From Erysipelothrix larvae (GTDB lineage Bacteria; Bacillota_I; Bacilli_A; Erysipelotrichales; Erysipelotrichaceae), in contig NZ_CP013213.1 of NCBI RefSeq assembly GCF_001545095.1, positions 1,500,001-1,532,000 on the forward strand: a stretch of DNA of 32,000 bases, read 5' to 3'. The notes beneath the pieces were generated by a model that was not told the origin of the DNA, ran no database searches, and worked only from the letters and a program-made list of their open reading frames with translations. Shown here one piece after another: positions 26,229-32,000 of the stretch (within the stretch, counting starts at the first letter, position 1; each line of letters begins with the position of its first letter). Made by a program: the position numbers and the translations under genes.

Positions 26229-28003
26229 AAGAAGATTTAAAACTCAGTCGAAAACAGCAGTGGCAAACACTGTTGCGCTTATTAACCTATTTAAAACCCA
26301 TGAAGAAAACACTGATAATTTCAGTCTTCTTCTTATTTATCGCAGTTGGGTCTGATCTAATTGGCCCTATCTTAATTAAACAGATTGTGGATACTCAAAT
26401 CCTTAGAAACCCACTTGATATCCAAGCAATTGCCTTGCTCATCAGTGGCTACTTTCTATCACAACTTGTTGTATCCATCTTCCGGTATCTGTACACGTAT
26501 CGATTCTTTTCTATAGGGAATCGTGTGACTCAAGAGATTCGTCTTGAACTCTTTGAGAAACTTCAATTCTTAGGCATGCGTTATTTTGATAAAACACCCG
26601 CTGGAAGTATTGTGTCGCGTGTTACCAATGATACAGATGCCATTCAAGAAATGCTTGTGAGTGTTGTTTCTGTTGCCTTTAGCAGTTCAGTTTTGATTGT
26701 CGCAATTGTGATTACGATGTTTTATCTGAATGTGACCCTTGCCTTAATCTGTGTTTCATTTATTCCACTGGCTCTGATTGTGGTTATGATATACCAAAAA
26801 TACAGTACCCGTAATTATGAAACAGCACGCAGTAAACTCAGTGCACTCAATACAAAACTAGCAGAGTCAATTTCTGGGATGGGAATTATTCAAGTCTTCA
26901 ACCAACAAAAACGACTTGCCGATGAATTTGCAAACACAAACTATGAGTACTACCAAGCACGCATGAAAACCTTAAAGCTGGATGGATTATTGCTTTACCC
27001 AATCATTCACTTACTCACAGCCCTTACCTTAGGAACCGTATTACTTTATATGGGATTTCAATCATTTTCCCACACAGTAACTGCAGGGCTTATCTTAGTA
27101 TTCGTAGACTATGTATACCGATTATATGATCCACTCTTTCAAATCATGGATCGCTTATCCATCTTCCAACAAGCCATTGTCTCTGCAGCGCGTGTCTTTG
27201 CCATCTTAGATCATGAAGAAATGGCACCTTCACAAGATGCCAATGCAGTCAATGAAATCTCTGATGCTAAGATTGAGTTTCGTGATGTGACCTTCTCCTA
27301 TGATGGGAAACATAATGTACTCAACAACATCTCCTTTACTGTCAACCCAGGTGAAACGGTTGCCTTAGTGGGTCATACTGGAAGTGGAAAGAGTTCAATT
27401 ATCAACGTAATGATGCGTTTCTATGAATTCTTTGAAGGGGATGTTCTCATCGACAATCAATCCATTCGTTCTTACCCAATGCCGCACTTACGTGAAAAAA
27501 TGAGTCTGGTTCTACAAGACCCTTTTATTTATTACGGTACGATAGCGGATAATGTGAAACTTCTAAACCCAAATATTACGCGTCAACAAGTTGAAGATGC
27601 GTGTCGTTTTGTACAAGCAGACGATTTTATTCAAACATTGCCTGAAACCTACGATTATCAAGTATCAGAGCGGGGTGCATCCTTTTCTACAGGACAAAAA
27701 CAACTCCTTGCTTTTGCTCGAACCATTGTCACCAATCCTAAAATCTTAATTCTTGATGAAGCAACCGCAAACATTGATACTGAAACCGAATCCTTAATCC
27801 AAGAAGGACTCCAACGAATTCGTAAAGGTCGTACAACCATCGCGATTGCACACCGTTTGTCAACCATAAAAGATGCCAATCAAATCTTAGTTTTAGAAGA
27901 AGGTCATATTGTTGAGCGGGGTACCCATGAATCCTTGCTTTCGCAAAAAGGCATTTACTACAATATGTATCAGCTCCAAAAACAAAACATGGACTCCCAA
28001 TAG
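26225..28003 (+). CDS. ABC exporter half-transporter (TMD-NBD), subunit with a canonical Walker B and non-canonical signature
   Basis: 4-nt ATGA overlap with the upstream gene. Walker A GHTGSGKSS, signature FSTGQKQL and Walker B LILDEATANID. Confidence 0.9.
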   Translation: MKEDLKLSRKQQWQTLLRLLTYLKPMKKTLIISVFFLFIAVGSDLIGPILIKQIVDTQILRNPLDIQAIALLISGYFLSQLVVSIFRYLYTYRFFSIGNRVTQEIRLELFEKLQFLGMRYFDKTPAGSIVSRVTNDTDAIQEMLVSVVSVAFSSSVLIVAIVITMFYLNVTLALICVSFIPLALIVVMIYQKYSTRNYETARSKLSALNTKLAESISGMGIIQVFNQQKRLADEFANTNYEYYQARMKTLKLDGLLLYPIIHLLTALTLGTVLLYMGFQSFSHTVTAGLILVFVDYVYRLYDPLFQIMDRLSIFQQAIVSAARVFAILDHEEMAPSQDANAVNEISDAKIEFRDVTFSYDGKHNVLNNISFTVNPGETVALVGHTGSGKSSIINVMMRFYEFFEGDVLIDNQSIRSYPMPHLREKMSLVLQDPFIYYGTIADNVKLLNPNITRQQVEDACRFVQADDFIQTLPETYDYQVSERGASFSTGQKQLLAFARTIVTNPKILILDEATANIDTETESLIQEGLQRIRKGRTTIAIAHRLSTIKDANQILVLEEGHIVERGTHESLLSQKGIYYNMYQLQKQNMDSQ

Positions 28004-28016
28004 GAGTCCTTTTTTT
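27991..28016. terminator. Hairpin terminator shared by the convergent ABC and regulator genes
   Basis: GGACTCC-CAATA-GGAGTCC followed by TTTTTTT. It overlaps the last codons of the ABC gene. Only 11 bp separate the two stop codons. Confidence 0.75.
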
Positions 28017-29370
28017 AAAATGTTATTTCTTGATGACAGGTTTCATTGATAAAATCAAAGATGCGTCCAATATCACTGCCTACAAAATAGTCACTGACGG
28101 TTAAGGTCGGAATATCCAGTTTATAAGGAAATCCAATGGTTGAGATGATCCCAACACACCGATGTTTCTCACAGAAACTGTAGAGATCATCACTTCTGGG
28201 TATTTGAAGTTCCGTTTTACCATCATAGACAATGTACATATTATTTGGAAAGTAGTCATCCATGTAACGGGCTACTGCTTTAGAATGTTCATGACTGGTT
28301 CCACTGAAAATCACATAACGGCTGCTGTATTTCTCATGATCCAATGGAAACAATGAATCCAAGGTAAATAGAAACGGAGACATCACCGCTTGGGCATCTT
28401 TTGTGAAATTAGAAAGCACACTAAGAAGCCGCATTTCATTTGATTTAAACCGTTCACAGTTTACTTTTGAATAATTCAAGATAAAGAGTGTAGCGGTGTT
28501 AATTCGGATGTCTTTAATACTGTATATTTCGTGATACATAAACGTAATCATTGCAAGTATCATACGGACTCGATTGGTATCTCGAGGTTCAATCGCATAA
28601 CCCATCGCTTCGATTGTACCGAAAAGTTCTTTATCATAGGGCTTAATGCGTTCATCTTCAAGACTTAAAGTATCGATAAACTCGAGTAAGGTTGCATTGA
28701 CATCATTTTCAAGGTCCCATTTTACAACCTGTGATTTCATTTTAAATCCACTTTTAAACCGCAAAATCGAAACTTGTTCAATATACCGAAGATAGCGCGA
28801 TAAAATAGCGTGGTTTTTCATATAATAATTTACCGTAACACCATGTTCAACACTACTGGGTTCGAGTTTGAAACAGCGTTGGAATAAATAATAAAAAGTT
28901 GCGCAGAAATAGCGTACTCTTAATTCATCCCCATGAATATATATTTTTTTGGTTTTGGTATTTAATTCGATATCATACAGACTCAATGATTTTTCTAAAT
29001 CAGAAAGCATATAGCGGGTTGATTGAACGCCAAGATTAATTTGACCTGCATAAAACTCAATGCTATTGTGTGGTTTTTCAATAATAAGTTTCATCAGTTT
29101 CGTAATCCCTTGATTGGCAAGGATGCGTTCACGTACATACTGAATGTTGCCAATCGCAGACTTTGGATAAACTATATGTGTGTGTGAAATATCAAGTGGA
29201 ATCATATGACCCCAGTTCTTAACCAGGTAATTCACATCATTATAAATCGTGCGCTCTGTGCAATCATTGATGTGTGATAATTGTTTAATCGCAATCCATC
29301 CATCCCCTGTAATCATTGATTCCAGAATTCGTACAATACGCTGTACTTTCTTATTGTAGTTTAACAGCAT
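28015..29370 (-). CDS. Mga/AtxA-family (PRD-containing-virulence-regulator-like) transcriptional regulator, paralog 1
   Basis: Two N-terminal HTH-like segments (VQRIVRILES...IKQLSHINDCTERTIYNDVNYL and ITKLMKLIIEKPHNSIEFYAGQINLGVQSTRYMLSDLEK), about 450 aa long. ATG at 29370 is preferred over the GTG at 29379 because the RBS GAAGGGGTG sits upstream. Confidence 0.62.
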   Translation of the reverse strand: MLLNYNKKVQRIVRILESMITGDGWIAIKQLSHINDCTERTIYNDVNYLVKNWGHMIPLDISHTHIVYPKSAIGNIQYVRERILANQGITKLMKLIIEKPHNSIEFYAGQINLGVQSTRYMLSDLEKSLSLYDIELNTKTKKIYIHGDELRVRYFCATFYYLFQRCFKLEPSSVEHGVTVNYYMKNHAILSRYLRYIEQVSILRFKSGFKMKSQVVKWDLENDVNATLLEFIDTLSLEDERIKPYDKELFGTIEAMGYAIEPRDTNRVRMILAMITFMYHEIYSIKDIRINTATLFILNYSKVNCERFKSNEMRLLSVLSNFTKDAQAVMSPFLFTLDSLFPLDHEKYSSRYVIFSGTSHEHSKAVARYMDDYFPNNMYIVYDGKTELQIPRSDDLYSFCEKHRCVGIISTIGFPYKLDIPTLTVSDYFVGSDIGRIFDFINETCHQEITF

Positions 29371-29638
29371 ACAAATCACCCCTTCATCTTAAAAAATTAT
29401 ATATGACAACACACGAAGATATTTGAAAACTATGTGAACATTATATTGTTATGTTTAAAATAGTTTCATATATTTGAAATGAATCGTGAAATATTGGACA
29501 AATTCCATAAATTTTGTTAAGGTCTTAACAATATCATGCAAATGTATGAATTTTTTCATAATTCTACGGAAATCATTTCTCTGTGGTTTTGTCATCTAAT
29601 TTTTATCTTGATTTAAGGGGTATTTCGTTCATGTGAAC

Positions 29639-31018
29639 CTAAGATTGGGTTTGAAAATAGTCAAATACTGATTTCATAAGATGGGATTCATTGCGTGAGG
29701 TTTTCTGAATAATCTTGTGATGTTTCTCCATTTCAACGTAGCTAATGATCAGATCATAATCAACACAGTGTGTGTCACTTACAAACTCTTGCTCACTAAT
29801 TTCAGAGAAGACTCCTTGAATTTTAATGAGTCGCAACAGTTGATTGAGTTCTTGTGTGTTTAGATTCCCATCATCACTCGATGATTTCTTCACAACCAAC
29901 ACTTTCTTGTGCGATAGGAGTGCTTGTTCCCCACCCTGTGTTATGAACCAGTAAAACAGTAATTCACGATAATAGGTAAAGGGAATACAGGTGACTTGCG
30001 TGCAAATCATCAATAAGGCTTCAAAATGTTCAGTAAACTCTGCATTCATCATTTGATAGTCTTGGTAAAAATCCTTGAGAACAAATGAACATCCATTCAT
30101 ATCAAAGGGAAAGATAGCGATCAGTTGATGTCCATATTGGATCAGGTTTTGGAGGCTTTGAAGGGGATCGCATTCGAATGATCGCATTACAATCCCCGTC
30201 TTAAGTTCATAGTATGAAATCACTGTATCTGTGATTGAAGTGATGTTTACAGGTTGTTTTTGTGTCATTTTCTTCATAAGGTTGAGTGCACTGTGCATCT
30301 GTTCAAATCGTGCATCTGGGACAACCTTTAGGATTTCATTAACATCTTCAAGCTCAAGTGAGATATGGGTTTCATAAGCACCTTTTAATGCAGTATTCTT
30401 CTTATTAAGACCGTGTGATTCTCTCACCAAACAGATCCATAAGAAAGCACAAAGCGAGCGACGTTCCCAGTCTTTATCAAATTCAAACAATGCGACGTGA
30501 ATGTCGTTTTTCTTTATCACTGAATACAGCGGATTGATTTTCTCAAAGAGGGCTTTATTTTCTGTGTTGTAGCTTGCGATATAATAAAACATCACTGAAT
30601 ACAGCAATGTTTCATCTTCACAGTCTAGATGATAACCATCATGAACGATGGTTTTGATGCCATAAACACCTAACTCTTCGTTAAGTTTCTTAATTTGCTT
30701 GTAAAAGTTTACGGTACTGATGGCAAGCTGATAACTGTAATCACTTGCAGATAAGCCAGGACTTGTAAATAACAAAAAGAGAATCTTGTAAAACAAAGAT
30801 TCGGATAAAATTGTATCATAACAGGCTTGGCGTTGGTTAAGTGATAATGTTTCATGGCGGTAGTTCAGATTATAATCCTTCAAATACTTTCGAACTGTAA
30901 GTTCGGAGACATTAATTGCCGCCGATAGTGTTTCAATAGAAGGTGTTGTTTTCGCATAATAAAGTGTGTCAATTAGTTTGAGTTTTCGAGAAATGTGATT
31001 CTCAATATAACAAGTCAT
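29639..31018 (-). CDS. Mga/AtxA-family transcriptional regulator, paralog 2
   Basis: RKLKLIDTLYY...IETLSAAINVSELTVRKYLKDYN, then FYKILFLLFTSPGLSASDYSYQLAISTVNFYKQIKKLNEEL (classic Mga-domain pattern). The C-terminal KKVLVV...YDLIIS segment resembles an EIIB-like domain. Confidence 0.7.
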   Translation of the reverse strand: MTCYIENHISRKLKLIDTLYYAKTTPSIETLSAAINVSELTVRKYLKDYNLNYRHETLSLNQRQACYDTILSESLFYKILFLLFTSPGLSASDYSYQLAISTVNFYKQIKKLNEELGVYGIKTIVHDGYHLDCEDETLLYSVMFYYIASYNTENKALFEKINPLYSVIKKNDIHVALFEFDKDWERRSLCAFLWICLVRESHGLNKKNTALKGAYETHISLELEDVNEILKVVPDARFEQMHSALNLMKKMTQKQPVNITSITDTVISYYELKTGIVMRSFECDPLQSLQNLIQYGHQLIAIFPFDMNGCSFVLKDFYQDYQMMNAEFTEHFEALLMICTQVTCIPFTYYRELLFYWFITQGGEQALLSHKKVLVVKKSSSDDGNLNTQELNQLLRLIKIQGVFSEISEQEFVSDTHCVDYDLIISYVEMEKHHKIIQKTSRNESHLMKSVFDYFQTQS

Positions 31019-31162
31019 AGTCTGTTCCTCATCAAAAAAATATGATATAAATTCATTTTATGAATGAATAAATGAATTATATAGACTAAAATGCACTAAA
31101 ACAACCGACTCTGTTTCATGGTTTTGAAACGAGATCGGGATATTTTTGTGGCAATCCCAAAC

Positions 31163-32000
31163 TTATTGATCATCTTTCGTGTTAATGGACTTCATAATCC
31201 CTTCCACAATCAGGATACTATTACTAAATGGTTTATAGATGATATTTGAATCATCTTCAATGTTAAGCGTTGCATCACTCAGAATTAAATCATAACGATC
31301 AATTTTAGTGTCTGTATTGAAACGCTTGATTGGCATTAAATCAATTACGGGTTCAATTTTCATAATACGCAACACGGTTTCTAAATCTTGTTGGCAAAAA
31401 TCGAGGTGTTTCTCATTGTATCGGCTGATAAATAAGATTCGTTTTCGGGGTACAAATAGATAATCCCCAATGCTTATAACGATCCAATAAAAGAGCATTT
31501 CTTGATAAAGCATCAGATCTAAGCCCATCACCTCGGTTGCAATCTGTAAGAATGTATTGAACCGATTGATCACATCCACATTGATAATGCGATACTCATT
31601 CATAAAGTCACGCATGGTTATCGAACTTCCCTTTGTATCAAATGGATAGTATTTCGAGAGGTTTTTCACCACTGAGAAAATATCGATCAGTGTATCAATC
31701 ATGAGTTGTCGTTTTTCAACTTGAAAGGTTTGTTGGATTTCAAGTTCATAGCGTTCTAAAAGTTCAACGATTTGTTCAGAACTGATACTTTGAGGTGCGT
31801 CAGTAAGCACTTCTTTGTATTCAATAAGTGCTTCGAGAATGCTTTTGTATGTGGCACTGGTTAGCACAGTACGAATTCGATTCACATCCGGTGTGGAAAC
31901 GTTGATTGGACTTTTCATAATTTGCTCTTGGGTAATCTCAATCTCAGTCTTCTTATTGGATTGTCGGATGATAAAGATTGCGAGAATTGATGCCATATAC
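31163..32000 (-). CDS. Mga/AtxA-family regulator, paralog 3 (N-terminus beyond the window)
   Basis: The frame stays open to the window edge. The C-terminal half aligns by eye with paralog 2 (YQEMLFYWIVIS/YRELLFYWFITQ; RYDLILSD/DYDLIISY). Confidence 0.55.
   Translation of the reverse strand, partial: YMASILAIFIIRQSNKKTEIEITQEQIMKSPINVSTPDVNRIRTVLTSATYKSILEALIEYKEVLTDAPQSISSEQIVELLERYELEIQQTFQVEKRQLMIDTLIDIFSVVKNLSKYYPFDTKGSSITMRDFMNEYRIINVDVINRFNTFLQIATEVMGLDLMLYQEMLFYWIVISIGDYLFVPRKRILFISRYNEKHLDFCQQDLETVLRIMKIEPVIDLMPIKRFNTDTKIDRYDLILSDATLNIEDDSNIIYKPFSNSILIVEGIMKSINTKDDQ

Noticed and set aside
29455-29616. Small intergenic ORFs between regulator paralogs: a 46-aa minus-strand ORF (29455..29595, MTKPQRNDFRRIMKKF...) and a 26-aa plus-strand ORF (29536..29616, MQMYEFFHNSTEIISLWFCHLIFILI)
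   Set aside because: I considered them as possible signalling peptides. Neither has a Shine-Dalgarno sequence, they overlap each other on opposite strands, and ORFs of this size are expected by chance in AT-rich spacers. They would be worth revisiting only if conserved in relatives.
1-32000. Search by eye for CRISPR repeats, tRNA/rRNA genes, IS or transposase, integrase and phage or defence-island hallmarks
   Set aside because: I saw no periodic direct repeats, no cloverleaf-like or rRNA-like conserved segments, and no ORFs with transposase, recombinase or nuclease-helicase defence signatures. The window appears to be core or accessory metabolic and transport chromosome.

Overview
This 32-kb window looks like chromosomal DNA from a low-GC Gram-positive (Bacillota-type) organism. 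It has strong GGAGG-like ribosome-binding sites, TGn-extended -10 promoters and many hairpin+T-tract terminators. About 30 genes are densely packed, mostly on the minus strand. Content in order: the promoter-proximal part of an F1Fo ATP synthase operon (atpI-B-E-F-H-A, with atpA running off the left edge); a small membrane protein; a P2-type cation ATPase preceded by what I read as a yybP-ykoY (Mn2+) riboswitch; a SIMPL/aldo-keto reductase/GNAT operon; a membrane-anchored MutS-domain-V ATPase; PepV; YegP; a CBS-pair protein; an APC permease plus gamma-glutamyl hydrolase-like amidotransferase; MupG; a flavodoxin-like NAD(P)H oxidoreductase; a MATE exporter; a long minus-strand operon (ABC ATPase, 545-aa polytopic partner, prolyl aminopeptidase, DJ-1, MTH1187-like protein, small membrane protein); a heterodimeric ABC exporter pair; and three tandem Mga/AtxA-family regulator paralogs at the right edge. 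I found no rRNA, tRNA, CRISPR array, transposase, integrase or phage genes, and no recognisable multi-gene defence-type system. The most noteworthy items are two unannotated cis-regulatory RNAs (the riboswitch ahead of the P-type ATPase, and a very long strand-specific terminator hairpin inside the atp leader, next to a c subunit with a partial Na+-binding signature). Also noteworthy are the triple Mga-like regulator array and two poorly understood membrane-associated ATPase modules. All product calls rest on motif recognition by eye; no database search was run.
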